Sequence record: SRR2962707_3138
DNA: 47,960 nt
Direction: 5' to 3' (one strand)
Within the stretch, counting starts at the first letter, position 1, and each line of letters opens with the position of its first letter. The notes under the pieces are model-generated. The model did no database searches. It was given only the letters and a program-made list of their open reading frames with translations, and was not told where the DNA came from. Position numbers and translations under genes: made by a program. Shown here piece after piece: positions 17,936 to 30,000 of the stretch.

Positions 17936-20593
17936 TTATTCCTCGCGCAAGGATTCTATTGGATTCGCTTTTGCAGCTGCAATGGATTTTGAACTTACTG
18001 TTAAAAACGTAATAATTAATGTAGCCAATGCGCCACCAATAAACACAACTGGCCCAATTACCGTCTGGTATGCAAAATCCTGAAGCCAGTTTTTCATTAA
18101 AAAATATCCAAGTGGAAATGCAGTGAGAATAGCAACGCCAATGAGAATGGCATACTCTTTTGAAATGAGCATGACCACTTTCAAAACTGAAGCACCAAGC
18201 ACCTTACGAATTCCGATCTCCTTTCTAGACTGCTCTACCGAAAAGGAAACCAGTCCGAAAAGTCCCAGGCATGCCACCAATATGGCCAGGATGGCAAATC
18301 CAATAAATACGGCATTGAATTGTTGATCCCCTTTGTATTGCTTATCGAAGTGCTCATCCAGAAAAAAGAAATCGAATGGATTATCCGGATAGATTTCATC
18401 CCAAACTTTTTCTACTTCTTTAATGGTAGGCAAGACTTCAGCTTCATTCATTTTTAGCGAGAAGTATCTACCAGATGATGGACGGTAATAAAACATCATC
18501 GGATCCAGCGATTCTTTCAGAGATGCATGATGATAATCTTCTACCACTCCAACTATTTTCCAAGCCCATCTGCTGGAAGGATTGAGACGCTCTCCGAGCG
18601 CTTTTTCCGGTGACTCAAATCCAAACATTTGAGCTGCAGTTCTATTCAATAGTACTGCTACTGAGTCCGATGCAAGGTTGCGATCGAAATTTCTCCCGGC
18701 AAGAATTTCAATGTCAAATTGATTGAAATAATTTTCATCAATCCTTACTCTATAACAATCCCTGTTGACATTGGGCTGCTCCCGTGTGTTGAAGCTGGAG
18801 ATACTAAAGTTTTCTACCCCCGGTACTACGTTCGAAGTGGTGAAGCCTTTGACTGAACTGAGCCCTCTGATTTGGTCGGTGAAAATTTTCTGTCTGTCTC
18901 GTAAATCTCCCTCATGGCGAGAAGAAGATGGGGCCTTGAGTACCAATGTTTGATCCACATCCAATCCCAAATCCTGAGACTGCATGTACTTTAATTGCTT
19001 CACAGCCACCAATGTTCCAATGATAAGCACGATGGAAACGATGAACTGAAATGTGACCAAAACCTGTCGAAATCCAAATCGGTTCTTCTGTTTACCAGGT
19101 TGACCTTTAAGCACACTAATGGGCCTGAATGAGGATAACACAATCGCTGGATAAAATCCAGAAACAAAAGTTCCAATCACCAGTAAAAAACCCATTCCTT
19201 TCAACACTTCAGATGAAAGGAGTAGCGATCGTTCAAGTGTAATGTTCAGTCCATTGTTTACAGTCGGAATGATCAGTACAACAAGACCTGTGCTAAGGAG
19301 GATAGCCAAAAAGTTGAAAAGGAAAGCTTCTGTCATGAATTGCTGAATAAGCTGAGGCTTTTGAGCACCCACTACTTTTCTGATGCCAACTTCTCTTGCC
19401 CGTTTAATGGCACGAGCAGTTGTAAGATTGATGAAATTGACCCAGGCAATTATCAGAATAAGGATGGCAATTGCTGAGAGAAAATAAATGCGGTCTGCAC
19501 CACCATTTTCACCCATATCCCAGCTCAAGCCAGTAGCATGTAAATGTATGTCAGCAACATTCTGAAGTTGCAGAATTTCCCGAGATGATTCTTTCTCAAA
19601 GTCCTCCGCCTTTTTCTCATCCAGAAACACTCCTATTTTCTCAGTCAAATCGCTGAGATCAGTTTCACCTTGAATCCTGATGAAGGTGTAGAAGTCATAC
19701 CAACCCCAATTTTGAGGCCACTCCTCAAAGCTGTTATATGTTTTGAGGGAAGAAATCATATCAAATTGCATGTGGGAATTTTCGGGGAAATCACGCATGA
19801 TTCCCGTCACAATCATGTCATTCCGACCAACATAGGATAGTGATTTACCGATAGGATCAGCATTTCCGAAATAACGCTTGGCTGCTGATTCGGAAAGTAC
19901 TATCTGGTACTTCTCTGAAAGTACCTTTTCTGGCTCACCTGAGAGCAATTCAAATCCAAATAATTGAAAGAAATTCTCATCTGCAAAAACAGCTTTTTCT
20001 TCATTGAAGCGTACCATGCTACCATCTTCCTTTTTCACACTGTAGACTCCATTACCGAATGGTAAAATCCTCACGTAATCCAACACCTCCGGAAAGTCGG
20101 CGGCCAACCCAGGACCTACTGCCGGATAGACGGGCGCACTATTCGCGGATAATGCTCCATTATTATACATATCCATTGTAACCCTGTAGGTATCGCTGGC
20201 ATAAGGATGGAAGGAATCGTAAGAAAGTTCTTCTAACACATGTAGTGCTATGAGCAAGCAGCTTGCTGTTCCAAGAATCAGTCCGAATAGATTAATCGTA
20301 GCAAATGATCGGTGCTTAGAAAAATTCCTAAACGCGATCTTCAGGTCATTTAAATACATCATAGTCCAGTTTATTTGAGTTTTCCTTTTTCCGAATGACG
20401 AGGGCCTAAAGAATCGAAGGACGTTGATTAAATACCAGGCATTGGCTTTGATTTTCCCCAATCGTCGAAAGCGATCAAGGTAGCCCTCATACAAGTCGCC
20501 CTGAATTTCATCTATTAGGCTATCTGCACAATACCATTCAAGGAATCGATCCAGCCATGCTGGTGGTTTGGTCCTATGTAATTCGTCATTCAT
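17936..20593 (-). CDS. Duplicated MacB/FtsX-type ABC transporter permease with N-terminal permease-prefix domain
   Basis: PPAWLDRFLEWYC...EIQGDLYE prefix; INLFGL...SYDSFH; two REVGIRKVVGA / KEIGIRKVLGA motifs; ends ANPIESLREE. Confidence 0.92.
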   Translation of the reverse strand: MNDELHRTKPPAWLDRFLEWYCADSLIDEIQGDLYEGYLDRFRRLGKIKANAWYLINVLRFFRPSSFGKRKTQINWTMMYLNDLKIAFRNFSKHRSFATINLFGLILGTASCLLIALHVLEELSYDSFHPYASDTYRVTMDMYNNGALSANSAPVYPAVGPGLAADFPEVLDYVRILPFGNGVYSVKKEDGSMVRFNEEKAVFADENFFQLFGFELLSGEPEKVLSEKYQIVLSESAAKRYFGNADPIGKSLSYVGRNDMIVTGIMRDFPENSHMQFDMISSLKTYNSFEEWPQNWGWYDFYTFIRIQGETDLSDLTEKIGVFLDEKKAEDFEKESSREILQLQNVADIHLHATGLSWDMGENGGADRIYFLSAIAILILIIAWVNFINLTTARAIKRAREVGIRKVVGAQKPQLIQQFMTEAFLFNFLAILLSTGLVVLIIPTVNNGLNITLERSLLLSSEVLKGMGFLLVIGTFVSGFYPAIVLSSFRPISVLKGQPGKQKNRFGFRQVLVTFQFIVSIVLIIGTLVAVKQLKYMQSQDLGLDVDQTLVLKAPSSSRHEGDLRDRQKIFTDQIRGLSSVKGFTTSNVVPGVENFSISSFNTREQPNVNRDCYRVRIDENYFNQFDIEILAGRNFDRNLASDSVAVLLNRTAAQMFGFESPEKALGERLNPSSRWAWKIVGVVEDYHHASLKESLDPMMFYYRPSSGRYFSLKMNEAEVLPTIKEVEKVWDEIYPDNPFDFFFLDEHFDKQYKGDQQFNAVFIGFAILAILVACLGLFGLVSFSVEQSRKEIGIRKVLGASVLKVVMLISKEYAILIGVAILTAFPLGYFLMKNWLQDFAYQTVIGPVVFIGGALATLIITFLTVSSKSIAAAKANPIESLREE

Positions 20594-20594
20594 T

Positions 20595-20927
20595 TCAATA
20601 AGAAAAGTTGAGCTGTGGCATCAGTTTCCACAATTTCATTCTGTTTTCCTGAAGTGTTCGTAGGGTATCCATACCAGCAGAGGTAACACGGAAAATACGC
20701 TTCCTTCTCCCCCCTCTTTCACTGGTGGCACCACCCATTTCCGATTTTATATACCCCTTCTTTTCAAGTCGTTTCAGTACGGTATGAATTGCGCTTATGG
20801 TAATTCTCCGATCAAAGGTTTTATGATATTCCTCTGAAATGGAATAGCCATAAGCTTCATTTGTCATGACGGCTACCATCAACAAGATAGTTTCCTCTAA
20901 AGCTCCAAGGTTCTGATTTTTTAACAT
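20595..20927 (-). CDS. PadR-family transcriptional regulator
   Basis: LGALEETILL, AYGYSI, AIHTVLKRLEKKG, RGGRRKRIFRVTSAG. Start moved to the ATG at 20927. Confidence 0.92.
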   Translation of the reverse strand: MLKNQNLGALEETILLMVAVMTNEAYGYSISEEYHKTFDRRITISAIHTVLKRLEKKGYIKSEMGGATSERGGRRKRIFRVTSAGMDTLRTLQENRMKLWKLMPQLNFSY

Positions 20928-20978
20928 TTCTACAACTTTTGTAGAACAAACATAGTGCATTTCTACAACTTTTGTAGA
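20925..20978. promoter_or_regulatory. Tandem palindromic operator pair flanking the -7 promoter element of padR
   Basis: CATTTCTACAACTTTTGTAGA repeated exactly at 20925-20945 and 20958-20978, each with a TCTACAA-N3-TTGTAGA dyad. TATGTTTG lies between them on the minus strand (20947-20954). Confidence 0.8.
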
Positions 20979-20990
20979 TGTTACCTAAAC

Positions 20991-21019
20991 AAAAAAGCCC
21001 GACTGCCTAAGTCGGGCTT
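20991..21019 (-). terminator. Rho-independent terminator after the giant T9SS gene
   Basis: AAGCCCGACT-N5-AGTCGGGCTT stem with a minus-strand U tract. Confidence 0.85.
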
Positions 21020-21037
21020 AGAAAAACATTTAATTTG

Positions 21038-24000
21038 TTACCTATTCACAATTATTCTGTAGCTCACTACATTTTCATCTCTGCTCGTACGATCATAGAA
21101 TCGAAGTATGTAGATACCTTCTTCGAAACCAGAAACATCTATATTAAGATTTCCATCAAATCCATTTTGGAGATCCGCAGACCATAACGTATTACCAGAT
21201 AGGTCAACAAGTTGGCCTGTTACATCCTTAGACTTTAAGTGTCTGTATCGAATATTCACAAAATCATCGGCAGGATTCGGGTACACTTGTAGATTTTTGA
21301 AATACTCCAAAATAATACCCAATACTCGTTCAATTGTAATTTCCAAACCGGCTTCACTCGCGAATGCAGTCAACTTAAAGTCTGTATCACTCACACCCTG
21401 CTCTCCTACTTCGAACTGAACAAAAGACGATTCGTCCAGTGGGATTCCTGGATACTCGACAAAGAATCGGTAAATACCTTCAGGTAGGAATCCAAACTGG
21501 AATTCTCCATTTTCATCCGTTTCTCCATAGGCAATCAATTCAAACAGATCATCGTCCTGACCGGTCCTTCCACCTGTTCTTCTTTTCTTCAATCCACATT
21601 TTCTTCCGGCAGCACGTCTTCTGGCATCCAGCCTTCCTGCATCATCATCAAAATCCTCCTCGATCAGCACATCCAATGTACCTTCACCATTTAATGGCTC
21701 TGTTGGCACACCTGTTACCTTCACTACCAAATCAGCTGTGGATCTCAAGAAAATTGTATCGGCCAGATCCCACTCGAATACATCACCATAATAAGATGGT
21801 ATAAATAAGTCTCTATTGCTTGGATCAATTCCACATAGGTAATCTCCCAAGATCACATCAGAGAAAGTAAATGTACTTACCACATTTTCTGCTATTTCAA
21901 GAGTATCGAATCCGGACTGGCGTCTGAATGCTTCCAATAAATATCCGGATATATTGTCCGCCAATGGATTATCGCTGATGTCTGTAATGGTCATCCCAAC
22001 ATCCACTACTGCAAACACATTTTCAGGATCAACAAACAAGGTGAGATTTGGCAATAATGTGTTCGTGACCTGAGCACTAAACTGCCCCATATTGTCGTAA
22101 TTGATTGCAGTGATGTCGGCTGTGCCATTTGTCAAAGTGTAGTCAGCATCCGTTGAAATTGCATTTCCGTCAACTAACCAGGCATATTGATTATTGGCTC
22201 CACCAGTAGTCACTGAGATAGTATAAGGATCAGTATGTGGGACAATTCTTACAGTCTCCCCTCTAACATCCTTGAGGAAATTCGGATCCATCTCCGGATT
22301 GAATTGTAAACTTAGCTGATCGCTATAGGTAAAGGTTGTTATAGCCAGCGGAGCGATTGGTTCCAAATCGTCAAATTCAAGGTGATTAAAGGAAACATCC
22401 AGATTTGTCAAAGCAGTAAGGTTACTAATGTCCCCCAGACCATCAATGGCATTGCCGTTTAAATTCAAATCTGTCAATAGTTCCAGACCAAGCAGTATAT
22501 CAGGAAGCGCCCCTGACAGGTTGTTTCCAGATAAATCAACTGTTGTAACCCGTTGATTCGCATCAAGCGTGATCAATGTCCAATCCTGCAACCTAGTACT
22601 CAGCCATCCGGTATTTACGGTCCAATTGGCACCATCCATAGCGTTGTAGATATCAGTCAGTGCTGCAAAATCATCTAGGGTACCCTGATCGGTTGTGGTG
22701 GTCACCATAATCACATTGGAATCTGTGGAAACATTACTGGAGTTATCCGTATATCTGACTCTGTAGTAGTAGTCAGTTCCGAAATCTGCAGTTGAGACCA
22801 CAACATTCGTGGCTAAGCCAACAGAGAAGTCCTGGTACCCATCAAAAAAGGTAGAGAAATCAGCTTGTTCTGAAATATCAATTCTGTATTCCTGTACATC
22901 GATTCCGCCGGTCCAATTCGCCTGAAATGAGGAAGATGTTACATTCGATGCTGCAAAAGCTACCACATTCACATTATCGTCAAAATCAATACCCACTCCA
23001 GAAGTTCCTGCAGTGGCATTTGCCACGCTCGCAGCGTTCCCACCAACGAATGCGGTATTTGCATAAGTGATGGAGATATCTCCAACTGCGTCAGCGCTAT
23101 TGTTTGCTGATGCGTTACCAGTGAATGTTATTCTCACAGTAGTTCCACCTGGTGCTACATCCAAAACAGGAGTCAGCCCGGCGGGCATATTAATTATTGA
23201 GTAATCTGTGGCATCCGTAAGTGTGCCAGATGGATTGCTAAATTCATCTCCAATGACTCGAGCGATCATTGTACCTTCTACACTTCCATCATTAGCAACT
23301 GCTTCTACGAAATTCCCTTGAGTGGTCAAATCATATGAAGTAAGTAACCCATCAAAAGTTCCGCCAATGATCAAACGTGTATCGTTATCAGCTAAGAACG
23401 CCAGTGCCGTAAAGGATTCTTCAGCAGTTGCGTCATACAACACACCATTATATGTTGCTGTAGTTATATCAAAATTGACACTGAGATCATACACAAAAAC
23501 TTCTATTCCATCCACGATCATTTGAGAACCATCCACATTGAAATCGATACTATTCGGATCGGTACTTTGGGAGAAAACAGAAAACGAATTGCCTGTATAA
23601 GAAGCTGTTGTGAGATCATAAGGTACGATCAGAGAGTAATGAAATACTGCATTATTTACATTCCCTATTGTATAGAGATCCTGACCATTGTTGCTGAAGT
23701 GAATCCCAGTTACGGTAGCATCTTCCCCTCCTACAAAGAAGGAATTGCCCGAATAGCTTGCCGAGGATAATTCAAATGGAATCTCAAGTACATATTCAAA
23801 TACAGTACTGCTGACTTGTCCTACGATGAACAACCTTGTGCCATCAGGATTAAATGTCAAATCATTCGGATTCCCGACAACATCCAGAACATTAATTGAG
23901 GTATTAAATACGGCACTTGAAATGTCATAATTGGTTGTTAAGTCATATTGATAAACAGCATCATTAGAGCCAGTTATAAACATTCGACTGCCGTCATTAT

Positions 24001-27000
24001 TGAAAACAACCCCTGTTATATTGGTTTCCTCAGTACTCGCATCAAATGTGGTATTTACTACGGCCGTAGAAACATCGGAATAGGTAGAATATACAATTTC
24101 AGGAGTTGGATTCTGACTGAAATTTACTTCCAGATTGCTTGTTCCACCTATAGCATTTAATACTGAAGCTGCAGGCGTACCTCCTGTAAAAGCTGTATTG
24201 GTATAGGTAATCTGAATATTGGTCAGATCATCTATATCATTATTGTTTAGTGCCGTACCCGAGAAGGTAAGCTGAGCAGAGAGTCCATCTCCTGCTACAC
24301 TTAGTAATGGGGTTAGGCCAGTTGGTAAATTATCTACCGTATAGTCGACTCCATCCGCCAGTGCTCCACCTGGGTTGGCAAATGCCTCGGACACAACATC
24401 CACAATCATAGCTCCTTCGAGTGTACCATTATTTGCTCCTGTTTCTCTAAATACAACCCTCGACATTTGGTAGGTTGTCACTACATCACTATTAACACCA
24501 ATGGTAAATAATTGGGTACCATCAGGACTCAAAGTCATACCTTCCGGTAATGTTTCTTCATTTCCTGTAAAAAATGACAGCCCAGAGTACGTTGCAGTAG
24601 ATACATCAAATGGGGTGCTCAAATGATACTCAATTACCCGATCTGTATTCGATCCAAGTACAAACATCCTTGATCCATCTGCATTAAATTCCATTCCAAG
24701 TACATTGTTTTCTTCCGCTCCGATGTAAAATGCGGAAAGGAATGTAGCTGTTGTGATATCGTAATTGATAGAAAGATCATACTGATAGATAGAGTCATTG
24801 AGACTTCCAGCCATAAACAACCTACTACCGTCCTGATTAAAAGCAAAATCACCTGGTTGACCATCCTCAGAACTAACATTGAGCAACTTGCCAGTATATG
24901 AGGCAGTGCTCAAATCAAATTCGGTTGAAAGCACAAACTCGTGAATATTATCATTGTCAAGTCCGCATACATACATTCGACTGCCTGATGGATTGAATAA
25001 TATATCAGTTGGTGTTCCATCCAAAGTGCTTACATCATAGGTAACTCCACTAAAACTTGCGGTTGAAACATCATAGGCAACAATCAGATCATATTCCGTA
25101 ATATCATTTCCACTGTTGCCTGTGATGTACATTTTGAAACCATCTGCACCAAATTCGATTCCTGAGGGTGAGGCCTCATCTGCCGCTACACTAAACTGTG
25201 CTCCCAGTGAAGCAGTGGCAATGTTTACAGGAGAAGAATAGGCCACTTCAGGCGACAGGTTTCCGACGAAATCTATTGCCAGATTACTGCTTCCTCCAAC
25301 TGCATTTGTTACTCCTGATGCTAAAGTACCACCAGTGAATGCTGCATCCGTAAATGTCATTTGAATGCTAGCAACATCGTCAACATTGTCATTGTTTGTA
25401 GCACTTCCGGTAAATGACAACACCCCTGAAGATCCATCTCCGGAAACAACTACGTTTGGAGTAAGCCCTGCGGGAAGATTGTCGACAGTATAATGTGTTC
25501 CGTTGGATAGGGTTCCACCAGGATTAGAAAAGCTTTCTGCCTGAAGGCGTATGATCATAGAACCCTCAACAGTTCCGTCATTCGCTGATGTTTCGCGAAC
25601 TGCCGTAGACGATAAGCTATAGGAATGAAAGCTATCTGTACCCGACCCGGTAATGAATAGTCTGGTTCCGTCTGGACTCAATGCAAGCCCTTCAGGTGAT
25701 GTTTCGAAACTTAAAGGGAACGAAATACCCGAATACGTAGCTGTACTTAAATCAAATCCAGTCATCAGGTGATACTCAAATACGCGATCAGTAACGCTAC
25801 CTGTTACCAATAATTTTGTTCCATCAGCATTGAAAGCCATTGCATTACCAGCCCCCTCTTGACCAACAATTGAAAAAGATCGACTCCATACTGCGGTAGT
25901 AATATCATAATTGACCCCCAGGTTGTATTCATATACAGCATCAAGGTTATTTCCAATCATGAACAGCTTGGAACCATCAGTATTGAATTCCAGATCGGTT
26001 GGAGAGGTATCTTCAGCTGCAACTGAGAAAGTCTGACCGGTATAAGCTGCAGTACTAATATCATATTCAGTAGATAATGCAAATGTGTATATCGCATCTG
26101 AAACAAGTCCGATCACATACATTCGACTCCCGTTGGCATTAAAGGTCACATCTGTAGGTGTACCATCCAATACAGTCATGTTATAAACTGCTCCTGTTGG
26201 TGCTGCAGTTGAAACATCAAAAGCTACCGTAAGTGTATATTCAACAATGTTATTGGTGTTATTACCAGTCATAAACATTTTCAATCCATCAGGAGTAATT
26301 GTAAGACCTGAAGGACCAGCATCTTCTAGCGAAACATTAAGCCCCACATCGTAAGCTGCTGTTGAAACCTCAATTGGCATGGCAAAAGAAACTTCCGGAA
26401 GCAGATTGTCTGCAAAATCAATTGCCAGTCCGCTAGTACCTCCAACTGCATTGATCACTCCGGATGCTAACGTACCACCTGTGAAGGAGGCATCTGTAAA
26501 TGTCATTTGAACATCCGTCAGATCATCAAGATTATCATTGTTAGTGGCCGCTCCTGTCAGAGTCAGGGTAGCAGACAGTCCATCTGATGCAACAGTGACA
26601 TTGGGAGTTAAACCGGCAGGAATATTATCCACGGTATAATTCGACCCAACAAACAGGGATCCTCCCGGATTCAGGAATGATTCTGACTGAATCTCAATAA
26701 TCATTGATCCTTCGACTGTTCCATCATTCGCTGCTGTTTCCCTAAACGCAGAGATTGAAAGGTTATAAGTTTGTACCAAATCAGAACTTACCCCTGTCAC
26801 AAAAAGCTGTGTTCCATTTCGGTTCATCGTCAAACCTTCGGGGGTAGCCTCAGATACGGGAAAGGACATTCCTGAATAGCTTGCAGTGCTAAGATCAAAA
26901 CCGTTTACAAGATGGTATTCATATATCCGATCAGTACTTGAACCAACCATAAATAGTCGACTACCATCTCTATTAAATTCCATAGCCAGTGGATTAGTAT

Positions 27001-30000
27001 CCTGAGTAGCTACTGAAAAGGACTGACTAAATACCGCAGTTGTAATATCATAATTAGTACTTAAGTCATACTCGTACACTGCATCATTGGTGCTTCCAAT
27101 AAAAAATAGCTTTGATCCATCCTGATTGAAGTGTAGATCACCTGGCGAAGTATCCTCGGTTGCGATGTTGAGAAATTCGCCGGTATAAGAGGCAGTGGCC
27201 AGGCTATATTCTGTTGATAAATGAAATGCGTAGATATTATCCGAATCAGTGCCTGATACGTACATTCGACTACCATTCGAATTGAATGCTACATCTGTAG
27301 GAGTGCCATCAAGTACGCTCATATTATACGTCACACCAGAATGGAGCGCCGTTGATACATCATACGATACACTGAGGTCATATTCAATAATGTTGTTACC
27401 GGTGTTCCCAACGGCATACATTTTCAAGCCATCCGGGCTGAAGACAAGGCCGACAGGTGCCGTATCCTCACCGCTAATATTGATGTTGTTACCTATCGTA
27501 GCGGTCGACAACAGACCAGGCGATGAATAAAGTATCTGTGGCTGTAGATTGTCTGTAAAATCAATACCTAAATTACTCGATCCTCCTACTGCGTTGGTTA
27601 CTGACGATGCAACTGTTCCGCCGGTGAAGGCCAAATCTGTGAAAGTTATTTGAACATCATTGACATCATCCAGATCATCATTAGAAGTAGCAGTTCCTAC
27701 TAAACTGAGTGTGGCCGAAAGCCCATCACTTGCAACATCTACTAATGGAATAAATCCAGCAGGTAGGTTATCGACTGTATAGTCCGTACCTTCATTTATG
27801 CTGCCTCCTGGGTTAAGAAAATTTTCTCCAATGACCCTCATGACCATTGAGCCTTCAACCGTTCCATCATTTGCAGCTGTCTCGCGGAAAACATTTCCGG
27901 TCATATCAAAGGTTCTAACCAAATCAGAGCTCACTCCAGTAATGAATAGCTGAGTCCCGTCTCTGCTAAGCGCCAATCCTTCCGGTGTTGCTTCTGTAAT
28001 CGGAAATGACATGCCTGAATAACTGGCTGTGCTTACATCAAAGCCAGTGGCCAGGTGATATTCAAATACACGATCATTGCTAGATCCAACCACAAATAAT
28101 CTAGATCCATCTGCATTGAATTCGAATGCCAAAGGACCTGTTTCCTGCGCACCTATTAAGAAAGACTGGGAGAATACAGAGGTTGTAATATCGTAATTGG
28201 TTGAGAGGTTATATTCATACACTCCATCATTTAAACTCCCGATTACAAACATTTTTGACCCATCATTATTGAAAGCAAGATCACCTACTCCGGTATCCTG
28301 AGCAGCCACTGAAAAAGACTCGCCCGTGTATGAAGCTGTACTTAGGTCATATTCTGTAGCAAGGTGAAAGGTAAAAATCGCATCATTGTCAGTTGCAATT
28401 ACATACATTCTACTTCCATTGGCATTGAAAGCAACATCGGTAGGTGTACCATCCAATACAGTCATATTATATGTTGCTCCGGAAGGGACAGCAGTTGAAA
28501 CATCATAAGCTACACTCAAATCGTATTCAATGATGTTGTTGCCTGTATTTCCAACCATATACATTTTTGTTCCGTCTGGTGTAAAAGCAAGACCTACAGG
28601 AGCTGAATCCTGAGCAGAGATATTGAGTGTAGTGCCCACAATAGAAGTTGACACCTGCCCGGGAGCTGAGTGAAGAATCTCAGGAAGTAAATTGTCAGTA
28701 AAATCAATGACAAGGTTACTTGATCCGCCAACCGCATTGATCACTGATATCGCAGCATGTCCTCCCGTAAATGCTGCATTGGTAAATGTAAATTGAAGGT
28801 CATTGATGTCATCCAGATCATCGTTATTGGTCGCTGTTCCTGATAAAGTCAAAGTTGCTGACAAACCATCGCTATTAACCGTAAGCGTGGGTGTGAGGCC
28901 AGAAGGAAGGTTGTCCACTGTGTACTCTGAGCCGGAAGTCATGGTCGCTCCTGCATTAGAGAAGGCCTCTCCAGCCAATCCAATAATCAATGACCCTTCA
29001 ACAATTCCATCATTCGCTGCTCTTTCCCTGAATGCTGACTTGGTCATGTCAAACGTGCGCACAAAATCACTACTAACCCCTGTGATGAAGAATTGTGTTC
29101 CATCGGCATTCAGTGTTAATGCTTCAGGCGTAGATTCTACTGATACAGAATACGACTTGCCTGAATAACTCGCAGTACTGACATCAAATCCTGTTGTTAG
29201 GTGATATTCAAATACTCGGTCATTGCTGGATCCGACTACAAACAATCGGGAACCATCCGCATTAAATTCAAATGCGAGACCCGTAGCTTCTTGTGCACCG
29301 ATTGAAAAAGATTGTGAGAATACTGCAGTTGTAATGTCATACCCAATTGAAAGGTTGTATTCAAAAATGGCATCATTGGCACTTCCTATGGTAAACAACT
29401 TAGTACCATCTCTATTAAATGCCAGATCTCCAAGACCGGCATCTTCTCCTCCGACAAAAAATGAATTGCCAGTATAGGCGGCCGAACTCAGGTCAAATTC
29501 TGTTGATAAATAAAATTCATATATTATGTCACCCTCTGTACCACTCACAAACATCCTACTTCCTGTCCTATTGAAGGCAACATCAGTAGGTGTTCCATCC
29601 AACACTGTCATATCATAGGTAGCTCCGGTAGGTGTAGCAGTTGTAACATCAAAAGCTATACTTAGAGAATATTCTATTACACTGTTAGTGGTATTTCCTA
29701 CAGCAAACATCTTCAACCCGTCAGGACTAAACACGAGACCAACCGGTGCAGTATCTTCTGTTGAGATATTCAAAGTAGCTCCTGGAACAGCACTGGATAC
29801 TGAAGAAGGTACCGAATAGGTAATTTCAGGAGCAACATTGTCGTTAAAATCTATTGCTAACCCTCCTGTACCACCAACTGCATTGGTTACCAACCCCGCA
29901 GTAGTTCCTCCTGCAAATGCACTGGTATTGAAAGTGACTTGAATATCCGCTACATCTTCGGTGTTTTCATTGCCAATAGCTGTGCCGGTCAATGTCAAAG

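Noticed and set aside
20925-20978. Direct repeat with a spacer as a mini-CRISPR
   Set aside because: Only two 21-bp copies with a 12-nt spacer and no cas genes. An operator pair explains it better.
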